This document shows positions 47,436-57,708 of a DNA stretch of 64,000 nt, piece by piece. The stretch's first letter is position 1. Each line of letters begins with the position of its first letter. Under the pieces are notes generated by a model. That model saw only the letters and a list, made by a program, of their open reading frames with translations. It was not told the origin of the DNA and did not search any database. The DNA is from Actinomycetes bacterium (GTDB lineage: Bacteria > Actinomycetota > Acidimicrobiia > Acidimicrobiales > Bog-793), in contig JAJZMK010000139.1 in assembly GCA_021798275.1 (NCBI GenBank), positions 12,408 through 76,407 on the forward strand, given 5' to 3'. The position numbers and the translations under genes are program-made.

Positions 47436-48446
47436 TCAATCGTTCCAGTCGTACGGGTTGTCATTCGCTTTTTGCAGTGTCTCGACATAACTCGATCTGT
47501 AATAGTCATGTCTGTTGTCCGTGGGATAGGAAAGTGTTCCTCGGATGTCGTCCAAATTGGTACAACCCCTGCTTTGCAACCAAGCCGACAAATCTTGTAG
47601 AAGTTGTGAAACGTATCCAAGACCGTTTCGTAAAATGGTTGATGTGGTCATAACGGCATTGGCACCGACAAGCAGGTATTTGATAATTTCATCCGCAGTT
47701 TCTACCCCGGTGGTGGCCGCTATATGAGTTTTAACCCGATTTCTTACCAAAGCTATGACAGCCAGCGGAAGTCTTATTTCGCGTTTGTCAGATAAATTGA
47801 CAGTGGGCAAGACCTCTAGGATATTTAGATCAATGTCCGGATAAAGGTATCTGTTGAATAAAACCAGAGCATCCGCTCCAAGGGAGTCAAACTCTTTTAT
47901 GACATTGGATAACGAAGTGTACATGGGAGACAATTTGACGGCGAGGGGTATGTTCACCTCTTCTTTGACCGATCTGAAGATATCAAAGTGCAATTGTTCG
48001 ATGTCTGTTCCCTGCATCTCATTTTCACTTATGGGTTGATATAAATTCAGTTCGATTCCGGCGGCTCCGGCATCCTCCATTTTCTTGGCATAAGACACCC
48101 AGCTGCCCAAACTGGATCCGTTGAGACTTGCGATAATCGGTATGCCGACCCCAGAACTCGCCGCTTCGATGGTTCGTAAATAAGGGAGGGGGTCAGGAAG
48201 TTCCAAAGATGCCTGCGGAAAATACGAAAGAGATTCAAGGAAACTGTCCTCATAATTTTCAAGTATAGAGGCTCTTTGGTGTGCTTCAGTGTTGATCTGC
48301 TCTTCAAATAAGGAGTGAAGTACAATGGCTCCCACCCCCGATTCTTCCAAAGCTTTAATTTGATTCAAAGATTGAGACAGCGGTGACGGAGAAGCGATAA
48401 TGGGGTTTTTTAATTTAAGTCCCATATAATTTGTCGTCAGATTCAC
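47436..48446 (-). CDS. dihydroorotate dehydrogenase-like (PreA/DPD C-domain-like) flavoprotein
   Basis: TNYMGLKLKNPIIASPSPLS, a TIM-barrel class-1 DHOD/DPD-like pattern, GADALVLFNR. It has no Fe-S Cys clusters. Confidence 0.75.
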   Translation of the reverse strand: MNLTTNYMGLKLKNPIIASPSPLSQSLNQIKALEESGVGAIVLHSLFEEQINTEAHQRASILENYEDSFLESLSYFPQASLELPDPLPYLRTIEAASSGVGIPIIASLNGSSLGSWVSYAKKMEDAGAAGIELNLYQPISENEMQGTDIEQLHFDIFRSVKEEVNIPLAVKLSPMYTSLSNVIKEFDSLGADALVLFNRYLYPDIDLNILEVLPTVNLSDKREIRLPLAVIALVRNRVKTHIAATTGVETADEIIKYLLVGANAVMTTSTILRNGLGYVSQLLQDLSAWLQSRGCTNLDDIRGTLSYPTDNRHDYYRSSYVETLQKANDNPYDWND

Positions 48447-48463
48447 TGGACTTTTCTGCTTTC

Positions 48464-51400
48464 TTATCTCGTGTTTGGGTAGGCTTTAGCCGGTTTGGCG
48501 GCCATTTCTTCGTATTGTCGCCACTTTCTGTCGACAGCCTCTTCCGCAAGTTTTAAGAGTATTTCGGATTCCTCGGGGTTGCTGCGGCTGAGGGCGTTGT
48601 AACGAATTTCTTCCAAAGCGTATTTTTTGAACGAAATTCTTTTTCTTGGGGAGTCTAAAAGAAAAGGCTTCTCTCCTTTGGACTGCAATACGGGATCGTA
48701 TCTAAAAAGAGGCCAGTATCCGCTGGCTGTGGCCCGATATTGTTGTTCAAGACCGCACCTCATATCAATCCCGTGCGCTATACAATGGCTGTAAGCGATA
48801 ATTAAAGAAGGTCCCGGGTAGGCTTCTGCTTCTCTGAAGGCAAGCAAAGTTTGTTTTTTATCAGCGCCCATGGCAACTTTTGACACATATACGTTGCCGT
48901 AAGATATGGCTTGCAATGCCAAATCTTTTTTCTCCAGTTTTTTGCCTGATGCCGCAAATTTGGCTATGGACCCGAGAGGCGTGGACTTACTCATCTGCCC
49001 GCCGGTATTGGAGTAAACTTCTGTGTCCAAAACAAGGATGTTGACATTTCTGCCGGAGGCAAGCACGTGGTCCAAGCCTCCGGCCCCTATGTCGTAAGCC
49101 CAGCCGTCGCCGCCCACTATCCAAACGCTTTTGCGCAATAAGGCATCTGCCACACTTTCCAGATCTCTGGCGCCGACAGAGTCGATTGCCGTCAATTTTT
49201 CTCTCAGGAGGTCTATTCTCTGACGTTGCAATTCCAATTCCGATTCTGTTGCCTGGGGTGAGGATGTAATTTCAGCTACGAAACCGCTGCCTAAAAGTTC
49301 AGACAAATCCTGCAGGTGCCGCAGAGCTATGTTGTACTGGTGGTCTACGGCAAGTCTGATGCCCAAACCGAATTCGGCATTATCCTCAAACAGTGAATTT
49401 GACCAAGCCGGTCCCCGCCCGAATTCGTTGGTGGTCCACGGAGTGGTGGGCAGGTTGCCACCATAGATGGATGAGCATCCTGTGGCATTGGCAATTATTG
49501 CCCGGTCGCCAAAGAGTTGGGACAGAAGTTTCAAGTAAGGAGTCTCTCCGCACCCGCTGCAGGCGCCGGAGAACTCAAACAGCGGTTTTAGGTATTGGGT
49601 TCCGCGGACCGTCGAGAAATCTATTCTTTCTCTTCGCGGATAAGCTAAAGTTTCAAAAAAAGCCACATTTTCCTTTTCCTGCGCAAGGAGCGGCTCTTTG
49701 TCAACCAAATTGATTGCCTTGCTGTTTGTGGCGGATGTGACGGGGCAGGCTTCCACACAAAGTCCGCACCCGGTGCAGTCTTCGGAATAGACTTGCAGGG
49801 TGTACATCATGTCCGGCAAACCGCGCTCGATGAGCGGTGCTGATTTAAATTTAGCGGGCGCTCCGGCAATGTCTCGACTGTCGTAATACTTGCTTCTTAT
49901 CACGCTGTGAGGACAAACAAAACTGCAATTGCCGCATTGTATGCAAATGTCGGGATCCCATTCGGCAACTATATCAGATATGTTTCTCTTCTCAAGGCAA
50001 GCTGTTCCGGTCGGCCAAGTTCCGTCCGCCGGGAGCAAACTGACTGGGAGATCCTCCCCCTCACCTTTCATTAACTTCAGAGTTACCCTATCGATAAAAG
50101 TATCCTCGCTTGCGACATAAGGGTCTGAATCGGAATCACGATAATCTTCATCTGAGGGTATCTCTACTTTTTCCAAATTCTCCAAAGCGGCTTCAATGGC
50201 AGCCAGGTTGGCATCCACAACCTTTTGTCCCCGCTTGCTGTAACTTTTGACGATATATTCCGCAATTTTTTTCTTGGCCGTATCGGTACCGATGATGTTG
50301 GATATGGCGAAAAAGCTTGTTTGCAGAATTATATTAATTCTTGATCCGAGCCCAAGTTCCCTTGCTATTTTTGTGGCATTGATGACATACAAGGAAATAT
50401 TTTTCTCTCTCAGTCTTTTTTTAATGCCGGCATCCAAATGAGCACACACTTCTTTTGCCGTATATGGCGAGTTGAGAAGTAAGGTTGAGGATTTATCGGC
50501 ACGATCCAAAATTTCCTTGTTGCCCACCAAGTTGAATTGATGGCATCCGATAAAAGAAGCGTGTTCAATCAGATAGGGGGCTTTTATGGGAGATTTTCCG
50601 AATCGCAGATGCGATGCAGTTTGTGAGCCAGATTTTTTGGAGTCGTAAACAAAATATCCCTGTGCGTAATATCCCAGGGAGCCCAATATCTTAATGGTAT
50701 TTTTATTGGCGCCTACGGTTCCGTCCGATCCCAAACCATAAAAAACAGCTTCTATGGTATCTGGCGATCTGGTTTCAAAATCTTTACTGTAGCGTATGCT
50801 GGAAAACGTAACATCATCATTGATCCCGACGGTAAATCTGCGTTTTGGTGAATCCGAGTCCAGCGTGTCAAAGACGGCTTTCACCATTCCCGGAGTAAAC
50901 TCTTTGGAAGACAGTCCGTAACGCCCGCCGATGACAGACGGTCGGGCATTACTGCTGACAAAGGACTCCGCTATCAGTGCTTCAATGTCTAAAAACAAAG
51001 GTTCTCCGAGCGAACCAGGTTCTTTCGTCCTGTCCAAAACGGCTATTTTTTCAACCGTAGGCGGCAAAGCTTCTATGATTTGCGCCGCCGGGAAAGGCCT
51101 GTAGAGCCTGATTGCCAAAAGACCGACTTTCTCTCCGAAGTTATTTAAGTACTGAACCGTTGTCGCCGTGGTTTCGATGGAAGAACCCATGGCGACAATG
51201 ACTTTTGTCGCCGCAGGATCCCCGAAGTAGTCAACCAGATGGTATGACCTGTTTGTCAGTCCGGCAAAGTCGTCCATTGCCTCTTGGACAATACCCGGGG
51301 TTTTCTCATAGTAAATGTTTACGGCTTCGCGCGTTTGAAAGAATACGTCGGGGTTTTGGGAAGTGCCCCTGATAATTGGGTGTTCGGGAGACAAAGCACG

Positions 51401-52006
51401 CTTTCTGTTCTGATGTATCAAATCGATAGGCACCAATTGTCTGAGAACTTCATCTTCGATGTACTCTATGGTGTTGAGTTCGTGAGAGGTTCTGAATCCG
51501 TCAAAAAAATGGAGAAAAGGAATTTTTGATTTCAGGGTTGCCAATTGGGAGACTGCCGCAAGGTCATGAGCTTCTTGTACTGATGCGGATGCCAACATGG
51601 CTATTCCGGTCTGGCGTAGTGCCATCACATCGGAATGATCTCCAAAAATCGACAGAGTCGAAGTCGCCAGGGAACGGGCCGCCACATGGATGACGGTTGA
51701 GGACAATTCTCCGGTTATTTTATAAATATCCGGAATCATTAACAATAAGCCTTGTGAAGCAGTAAAAGTTGTTCCGAGTGCGCCTCCCTGGAGTATGCCG
51801 TGCAAGGCCCCGGCAGCGCCTCCTTCGCTTTGCATTTCTATGACCTGGGGTATAGAGCCGTAGATATTCCTCTTTTTTTGGGTAGACCACTCATCCGTCA
51901 GTTCGGCCATGGGGGAAGATGGGGTAATTGGGTAAATGGCACAAAGTTCGTTTAGCCTATATGCCACCGAAGCCGCCGCTTCGTTTCCGTCTACTGTTAT
52001 TTGCAT
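48464..52006 (-). CDS. nifJ: pyruvate:ferredoxin (flavodoxin) oxidoreductase, homodimeric type
   Basis: 1180 aa. N-terminus DGNEAAASVAYRLNELCAIYPITPSS. Ferredoxin domain CIQCGNCSFVCPH and CTGCGLCVEACP. TPP motif GGDGWAYDIG. Confidence 0.95.
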   Translation of the reverse strand: MQITVDGNEAAASVAYRLNELCAIYPITPSSPMAELTDEWSTQKKRNIYGSIPQVIEMQSEGGAAGALHGILQGGALGTTFTASQGLLLMIPDIYKITGELSSTVIHVAARSLATSTLSIFGDHSDVMALRQTGIAMLASASVQEAHDLAAVSQLATLKSKIPFLHFFDGFRTSHELNTIEYIEDEVLRQLVPIDLIHQNRKRALSPEHPIIRGTSQNPDVFFQTREAVNIYYEKTPGIVQEAMDDFAGLTNRSYHLVDYFGDPAATKVIVAMGSSIETTATTVQYLNNFGEKVGLLAIRLYRPFPAAQIIEALPPTVEKIAVLDRTKEPGSLGEPLFLDIEALIAESFVSSNARPSVIGGRYGLSSKEFTPGMVKAVFDTLDSDSPKRRFTVGINDDVTFSSIRYSKDFETRSPDTIEAVFYGLGSDGTVGANKNTIKILGSLGYYAQGYFVYDSKKSGSQTASHLRFGKSPIKAPYLIEHASFIGCHQFNLVGNKEILDRADKSSTLLLNSPYTAKEVCAHLDAGIKKRLREKNISLYVINATKIARELGLGSRINIILQTSFFAISNIIGTDTAKKKIAEYIVKSYSKRGQKVVDANLAAIEAALENLEKVEIPSDEDYRDSDSDPYVASEDTFIDRVTLKLMKGEGEDLPVSLLPADGTWPTGTACLEKRNISDIVAEWDPDICIQCGNCSFVCPHSVIRSKYYDSRDIAGAPAKFKSAPLIERGLPDMMYTLQVYSEDCTGCGLCVEACPVTSATNSKAINLVDKEPLLAQEKENVAFFETLAYPRRERIDFSTVRGTQYLKPLFEFSGACSGCGETPYLKLLSQLFGDRAIIANATGCSSIYGGNLPTTPWTTNEFGRGPAWSNSLFEDNAEFGLGIRLAVDHQYNIALRHLQDLSELLGSGFVAEITSSPQATESELELQRQRIDLLREKLTAIDSVGARDLESVADALLRKSVWIVGGDGWAYDIGAGGLDHVLASGRNVNILVLDTEVYSNTGGQMSKSTPLGSIAKFAASGKKLEKKDLALQAISYGNVYVSKVAMGADKKQTLLAFREAEAYPGPSLIIAYSHCIAHGIDMRCGLEQQYRATASGYWPLFRYDPVLQSKGEKPFLLDSPRKRISFKKYALEEIRYNALSRSNPEESEILLKLAEEAVDRKWRQYEEMAAKPAKAYPNTR

Positions 52007-52009
52007 AAC

Positions 52010-53647
52010 CTAACCTTTCACATCCTCTACCATTTCAATGGCGTGCACCGGGCACTGTTCAAAACATGCTCTGCAACCTGTACACAAGTTGTAATCAAAT
52101 TTGTAACGGTTACCTTTGCCGAGTTTTATAACTGCATGTTCGGGGCACGCGGCAAAGCAGCCGTCGCATTCAAAGCAATTGCCACACGATAAACAGCGTG
52201 CGGCTTCAAAGTGAGCCTCTTCCTCGGATAGAGTGGCGACCACCTCATCAAAATTTTTAACTCTATCCTGCGGGGATTTATGCTGAGGTTTTTCAGCAAG
52301 GAGGTCTTTGAAATACCAAAGATTCAAGTCTGATATATGAACAACATCATGTTTCCCGAGAAGTGTAAATTCATTTCCTGATAACCAGGTATCGATATTT
52401 TTTGCGGCTTTTTTGCCGTGCCCTATGGCAATTGTGACGGTTTTTTCCGCCGGCACCATATCGCCGCCGGCAAAAATACCCGGATGGCCAGTCATCATTT
52501 GGTTATTTACGACAACGGTACCGTCGTTTTTAAACTCTATGCCTTGCACCGAAGCCAAAAAGTCTGTTTCACTGTTTTGGCCCAACGCAAGGATGACGCT
52601 GTCGGCGGAAACGGTCTCTTTTTTTCCGGTCGGTTTGGGTACGCCGTTTTCATCCAATTCCATGAGTTCCAACTCCATGCCTTTTTCCCCGAAGGCGGTA
52701 ATGGTTCGCAACCAATGGATTTGGACTCCCTCAAGAAGTGCCTCGTCGGCTTCTTCTTCGTGAGCCGGCATCTGCTCTCTGGTTCTTCTGTAGACGATTA
52801 CGGTTTCTTCCGCACCAAGCCGTTTTGCCGTACGGGCGGCGTCCATGGCCGTATTGCCGCCGCCGTAAACCGCAACCTTGCGTCCTATGAGCGGCCTTTC
52901 TCCTTCTGCGACGTTGTGCAAGAATTGGATGGCATCCACTATTTTTGAGGCGTCACGGGTGGGTATATTGACGCGTTTTGCCAGATGGGCACCCACGGCC
53001 ACGAAAACGGCATCGAAACCGCCGCTTTCTTTTTCTTCCAAAACATCGTTGACTTTATGACTGAGTTTGAAACTCACGCCCAGCTCTTCCAGCCGGTTGA
53101 TTTCAGCGTCGAGGACTTCCCTTGGCAGACGGTATGAAGGGATTCCGTACCTCATCATCCCCCCCGCTTGTTTGCCCGCGTCTCTGACTTCGACTTGGTG
53201 GCCGAGAAGTGTTAAGTGATAAGCGGCGGATAAACCGGAGGGACCGGCACCTATCACCAAAACCTTTTTGCCGGAGTTCTTCTTTGGCTTGACGAAAGAA
53301 AGTTTTTCCTTCAGGGCAAAATCGCCCACAAATCTTTCTACATTATGGACTCCTATCGACGTGTCCAAATCCTTACGGTTGCAGGCATCCTCGCACGGGT
53401 GATAGCACACCCTTCCGTGGACAGCAGGGAAAGGATTGTCTTTGGTGATTATTTCCCAAGCTTTTTGATAATTGTGCTGCTCTGTTTCATAGAGCCAAGC
53501 TTGGATATTTTCACCGGCGGGACACGCTTGGTTGCAGGGCGGCAATAGATCCAGGTAAACAGGCTTAAAAGCCCTTACGGGCCCGCTTCTGTAGGTAGGT
53601 TCGGATAGGTTGGGTACGGTTGTGATATCAAATGGCATGTCTGGCAC
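52010..53647 (-). CDS. GltD/PreT-like NAD(P)H-dependent oxidoreductase with C-terminal 2x[4Fe-4S] ferredoxin domain
   Basis: N-terminal CNQACPAGE...CYHPCEDAC cluster motifs. Dinucleotide folds VIGAGPSGLSAAY and VYGGGNTAMD. C-terminal CLSCGNCFECDGCFAACP and CTGCRACFEQCP. Confidence 0.85.
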   Translation of the reverse strand: MPDMPFDITTVPNLSEPTYRSGPVRAFKPVYLDLLPPCNQACPAGENIQAWLYETEQHNYQKAWEIITKDNPFPAVHGRVCYHPCEDACNRKDLDTSIGVHNVERFVGDFALKEKLSFVKPKKNSGKKVLVIGAGPSGLSAAYHLTLLGHQVEVRDAGKQAGGMMRYGIPSYRLPREVLDAEINRLEELGVSFKLSHKVNDVLEEKESGGFDAVFVAVGAHLAKRVNIPTRDASKIVDAIQFLHNVAEGERPLIGRKVAVYGGGNTAMDAARTAKRLGAEETVIVYRRTREQMPAHEEEADEALLEGVQIHWLRTITAFGEKGMELELMELDENGVPKPTGKKETVSADSVILALGQNSETDFLASVQGIEFKNDGTVVVNNQMMTGHPGIFAGGDMVPAEKTVTIAIGHGKKAAKNIDTWLSGNEFTLLGKHDVVHISDLNLWYFKDLLAEKPQHKSPQDRVKNFDEVVATLSEEEAHFEAARCLSCGNCFECDGCFAACPEHAVIKLGKGNRYKFDYNLCTGCRACFEQCPVHAIEMVEDVKG

Positions 53648-53946
53648 ATATTCAATTCTGTCAGTACTGAATATTGATCAATAGGGTCTAAAGGCATAAA
53701 GACCCGGTGCGCCGTACCCGAAGGGGTTATGAGTCGGAATTTCTGTAAACCGAGTGACTTATTAGGAGGTCTTGTACGAGCTCAAAGGCCATATTTGTTT
53801 TGGGTGCTTAAAAGTTTTACTTTTTGCGGCAAAATATCTGAAATTCCTACAAAGGCTATTTGTTTAACCGATAGGCAATCCTCTCCCTTCCCTTTAATCC
53901 GGCGATTTTTTGTCTGTCCAAAGTATTGCATTTATGATGGTTAGAA

Positions 53947-54897
53947 GTGAAAAAAATCATAGTGTCGAAAAGATTATTTACAAACCTTTCTTTGGCTGTG
54001 GCAGTATGCTACGCGTTGCTGATTGCCACCGGCGGAGCGGTGCGTCTCACCGGTTCCGGACTCGGTTGCGCGGATTGGCCCACGTGTTCGGCCGGGCATC
54101 TGATCGCCTCCGATTCTTTCCATCCCTTGGTTGAGTTCTCCAACCGGATGGTTACGGTTGCTGTCAGCGTGGTAACCGTGGTTACGTTTCTGGCCTCTTT
54201 TTACAGAAATCCGCGTTCGCGTAAACTGATTTTGCTGACGGGAATCATCTTTGCCGGTTTGGCGGGACAGGTTGTCGTGGGGGGCCTCCTTGTTTTGACA
54301 AAATTAAACCCCTACCTTGTCGCCCTGCATTTTCTCTTGACCATAGGAATTTTAGTCGTTGCCATATTTCTCTTTCACCTGTCGCGGCAAGCGAAAACAT
54401 ATAAAAAAACCCCTTTGGTGACGTCGGAAATTATCAATCTGACCCGCCTGCTGCTTCTGGTTTTGACCGCAGTTACCGCTGCCGGTACGATGGTAACCGG
54501 ATCCGGTCCTCATGCCGGCGGGAAAGGGGCACAGCGCGTTCCCATTTCTTTTCGCGACATGGCTGAGTTGCACGCGGACTTAGTTCTTTTCCTGGCGGGA
54601 TTGACCGTGGCATTGTGGTTTCTGGTCAAACAGGCACGGGTCGCCGGCTCCATTCAAAAGCGTTCCATGAAGTTGGTGGAAATTGTGGGACTGCAGGGTG
54701 TTATAGGCTACACCCAATACTTTTTACACGACCAAACGGGATTGGTCGAGATCCACATGATAGGGGTAGCGTCACTGTGGGTTTTTCTGTTTTGGTTCTA
54801 TCTTCAATTGTATAGTTATCAGCCCTTTGGTGATGCCGAATCACACCGGTTGGCGAACACGGGCTCCGAAGCGTTGGTCAATTCCGGAAACAATTAA
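53947..54897 (+). CDS. ctaA: heme A synthase (COX15/CtaA)
   Basis: GTG start. GGAVRLTGSGLGCADWPTC and an 8-TM pattern with conserved His residues. Confidence 0.85.
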   Translation: MKKIIVSKRLFTNLSLAVAVCYALLIATGGAVRLTGSGLGCADWPTCSAGHLIASDSFHPLVEFSNRMVTVAVSVVTVVTFLASFYRNPRSRKLILLTGIIFAGLAGQVVVGGLLVLTKLNPYLVALHFLLTIGILVVAIFLFHLSRQAKTYKKTPLVTSEIINLTRLLLLVLTAVTAAGTMVTGSGPHAGGKGAQRVPISFRDMAELHADLVLFLAGLTVALWFLVKQARVAGSIQKRSMKLVEIVGLQGVIGYTQYFLHDQTGLVEIHMIGVASLWVFLFWFYLQLYSYQPFGDAESHRLANTGSEALVNSGNN

Positions 54898-55010
54898 AAA
54901 CGGCACGGCCTTTTGCCCGACCCTCTTTGTTCTGAGCGGCTGAAAAAATTCAAAGGCTTATTTGCCGCATATACAAGCGCGCGCTTATTAAACTGATTAA
55001 ATTGTAAATA

Positions 55011-55304
55011 ATGACTTTTGACAAAACTGCGCTACCGGATTTAGAAGCCACCGCAGAGCAAATGGGTTCAAGTTTTGTGTGGATCGTGATCGTTTGGAAT
55101 GACCCCATCAATTTAATGAGTTATGTAACGTACGTGTTCCAAAAGTTATTCGGATATTCGCAGGCCAAAGCTCAGAAGCTTATGCTTGATGTACACAATA
55201 AAGGCAGGGCGGTCGTTTCCAGCGGAACGCGCGAAAAGGCGGAATTGGACGTACTGCGTCTGCACGGTTACGGTTTGTGGGCTACACTTGAAAAATCGAC
55301 GTGA
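55011..55304 (+). CDS. clpS: ATP-dependent Clp protease adaptor ClpS
   Basis: [44 protein letters not shown] is the ClpS core. Confidence 0.92.
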   Translation: MTFDKTALPDLEATAEQMGSSFVWIVIVWNDPINLMSYVTYVFQKLFGYSQAKAQKLMLDVHNKGRAVVSSGTREKAELDVLRLHGYGLWATLEKST

Positions 55305-56008
55305 TGAAAAAAAGATTTAAGCAGCTGCCCGACGGTAGATATTCCGTTCGATTACCTACCGAAGAGCGCGTGTTGTTAAAAATACTGCCCAATCAATTGC
55401 TTGACTCCCTAACGGTTTTATCGGAAGCGTTGTCCGGCAATACAGAAGAACACCCACTCGGGCAACCCGATGACAAAGTACCAGAAGACGAGGAAGACGC
55501 TCTTTTATATAAAGACAGTTTTTATACAATTGACGATTTTGAAATTCCAGAGGCCATCAAACGTCTTATACCGAAAGCGTATCCGCGCGATGAAAATGCC
55601 CAAAATGATTTTTCAGCCTTGACGGTTGCCAATCTTTTGGGAGAACATGTCGACAATTTAACTTTACTCATGTCGAGTATCTCAAACCAATACCTTACGG
55701 CCGACGAACTACACAAGTGGATGGTTGCCCTCAATGATTTACGTTTGGTTATAGGCACGACCATCGGCGTGACGGAAAATTCCTCGCTGCCCGACTACAA
55801 CGATCCGAGTATCTCCCAGTGGATTGCTTACAGCTACCTGACGGAACTGGTTGAAGACATAGTATCGGTACTGTTCAATGAACTTCCCGATGTCGAAGAA
55901 AGCGAAGACCCGGCGTTGCCGGAAGACCCATGGGGGGAGCCGCCGGGAGGCATGAGGTGGGACGGTACGGTAAAACCCGATCAACAGGGTCCGTTTTTTC
56001 AAAATTAA
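55301..56008 (+). CDS. acidic DUF2017-like protein coupled to clpS
   Basis: 4-nt overlap with the clpS stop. Acidic, 235 aa. The family call rests on the conserved clpS-DUF2017 pairing in Actinomycetota. Confidence 0.55.
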   Translation: MMKKRFKQLPDGRYSVRLPTEERVLLKILPNQLLDSLTVLSEALSGNTEEHPLGQPDDKVPEDEEDALLYKDSFYTIDDFEIPEAIKRLIPKAYPRDENAQNDFSALTVANLLGEHVDNLTLLMSSISNQYLTADELHKWMVALNDLRLVIGTTIGVTENSSLPDYNDPSISQWIAYSYLTELVEDIVSVLFNELPDVEESEDPALPEDPWGEPPGGMRWDGTVKPDQQGPFFQN

Positions 56009-56101
56009 TATTTAATAAGTCATATCGGTCTGCTTCATAACTAAGGTGTATATGTATTATGGATAAAATTTTATTCGGCAGTCTGCCCTTTCGGTAACCG
56101 T

Positions 56102-57466
56102 GTGACTTCTATGGCTAAAGCTCGCATTTTGGCATTGATGGGCTCCGGAGAAATAGCCCCCAAATTGGTGAAAACACACAGGGAAATAATCACCAAATTC
56201 CATAATCCGAAAATAGTATTAATTGCCACTCCGTATAGGTTTCAGGAAAATGTGAAAGAACTGTCGGAAAAAATTATTGATTTTTTTCGGGTAAGCCTCT
56301 TGTCTGAAGTAATACCGGTGGATCTGCCTGACGGCAAAGACGATTCATACAGTTACGTTCTTCCGGAACTTGACGATGACTTAAAATACAACAAGTTATT
56401 AAAGGAAGCCGATATCGTTTTTTCGGGCCCGGGGAGTCCCAGTTATGCTCTATATAGGTGGCAAAAGAGTTTAACTAAAGACCTGCTGACGGAAAAATTA
56501 TTAAATGGCGGTGCTGTGGTTTTTTCAAGCGCAGCGGTTTTGACACTGGGAGCCTACAGTGTTCCGGTCTATGAAATTTATAAAGCCGGGGAAGCGCCGA
56601 AATGGTTAAAAGGATTAAATATTTTAGAGGCGATAGGCATTCGAGCAGCCCTTATTCCTCACTATAATAATGCGGAAGGTGGGACGCACGACACCAGATT
56701 TTGTTACCTGGGGGAACGTCGACTTGCTTTTTTAGAAGATCAATTGCCCCGTGACACAGTAATTTTGGGTATCGACGAACACACGTGCCTGTCGGTAGAT
56801 TTGGATGAATCCGCCGTCAAAGTGAGCGGTTTGGGTAATGTCACCGTCAGGTACAGAGGTGAATCCCGCATAATAAATACCGGCACAACTTTGAAACTCG
56901 ACGGTTTGCGGGAAATAATTTCCTCTCTGATGCCGGACGGCAAAGAAGACCCCTTTTCTCGCAAGGTATTTTCTGGTCGGCAACACCAAGAGACAACCGA
57001 ATTTGAGCAAACCGGCTTGCATGACAATGGAGTGAATGCTGACAACCGAGGCGCGGATACCGAACTCCGAGAGGTATTTTTGGGGTTTGAAGAAGAGTTT
57101 GTCCACTCGCTAAATGAAAAAGATGCCGATAAAATTTTTTCCGTATTGAGTGAAGCTTTAAATTTTCTCATGAGCGCCTTTTTGGCAGCCGATCCGCTTG
57201 CCGAAGAAAGCATAAAGTTTGCTTTGAATAAACTAAAAAGCAGGTTTTTGCTTCTTCTTCGAGAGCTTGTCTCTTGTGCCAAGAATGGCTTTGTCGACAA
57301 AAAAATACTTTACGCTCCTCTCGTGAACGGTTTGATTGCAATGCGCAATGAGGCAAGAGACGCCAATCTTTATCATGAGGCAGATAGACTGAGGGATATT
57401 TTATTGTCGGCAGGGATCCAGATCCAAGATACAGCCGACATTACAACTTGGAACTTTAAAGACTAA
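56102..57466 (+). CDS. hypothetical fusion protein: peptidase-S51/GATase1-like N-domain + CysRS-type C-terminal module
   Basis: GTG start, 454 aa. The N-terminal half contains ILALMGSGE, ADIVFSGPGSPSYAL, GGAVVFSSAAVLTLGA and IPHYNN. The C-terminal end EARDANLYHEADRLRDILLSAGIQIQDTADITTWNF resembles the extreme C-terminus of bacterial CysRS. Confidence 0.6.
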   Translation: MTSMAKARILALMGSGEIAPKLVKTHREIITKFHNPKIVLIATPYRFQENVKELSEKIIDFFRVSLLSEVIPVDLPDGKDDSYSYVLPELDDDLKYNKLLKEADIVFSGPGSPSYALYRWQKSLTKDLLTEKLLNGGAVVFSSAAVLTLGAYSVPVYEIYKAGEAPKWLKGLNILEAIGIRAALIPHYNNAEGGTHDTRFCYLGERRLAFLEDQLPRDTVILGIDEHTCLSVDLDESAVKVSGLGNVTVRYRGESRIINTGTTLKLDGLREIISSLMPDGKEDPFSRKVFSGRQHQETTEFEQTGLHDNGVNADNRGADTELREVFLGFEEEFVHSLNEKDADKIFSVLSEALNFLMSAFLAADPLAEESIKFALNKLKSRFLLLLRELVSCAKNGFVDKKILYAPLVNGLIAMRNEARDANLYHEADRLRDILLSAGIQIQDTADITTWNFKD

Positions 57467-57583
57467 GAAGAAGCGGTGGCTTGTGATGCAAAAACACGCC
57501 GACTGTAGGATTAGTGGCCAAATTAAGCCGTCTTGATAAATCGATACTGTTTAAACTGCTAATCTCTATTTAGTCATTAACCG

Positions 57584-57659
57584 GCCCCCATCGTCTAGAG
57601 GCCTAGGACGTCGCCCTTTCAAGGCGGAAGCACGGGTCCGAATCCCGTTGGGGGTGCCA
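57584..57659 (+). tRNA. tRNA-Glu (anticodon TTC), CCA encoded
   Basis: Hand fold of 76 nt. Acceptor GCCCCCA/TGGGGGT (G1:U72), anticodon loop CTTTCAA, T-arm ACGGG-TCCGAAT-CCCGT, then GCCA. Confidence 0.88.
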
Positions 57660-57668
57660 ACCGTACCG

Positions 57669-57708
57669 CCTTACGAGATCAGGAATTATTACCCCTGATG
57701 TCGTAAGG
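57669..57708 (+). other. long hairpin immediately after tRNA-Glu (15-bp stem with 1 mismatch, 10-nt loop)
   Basis: CCTTACGAGATCAGG ... CCTGATGTCGTAAGG. No U-tract follows, so it is not a canonical intrinsic terminator. Confidence 0.4.
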
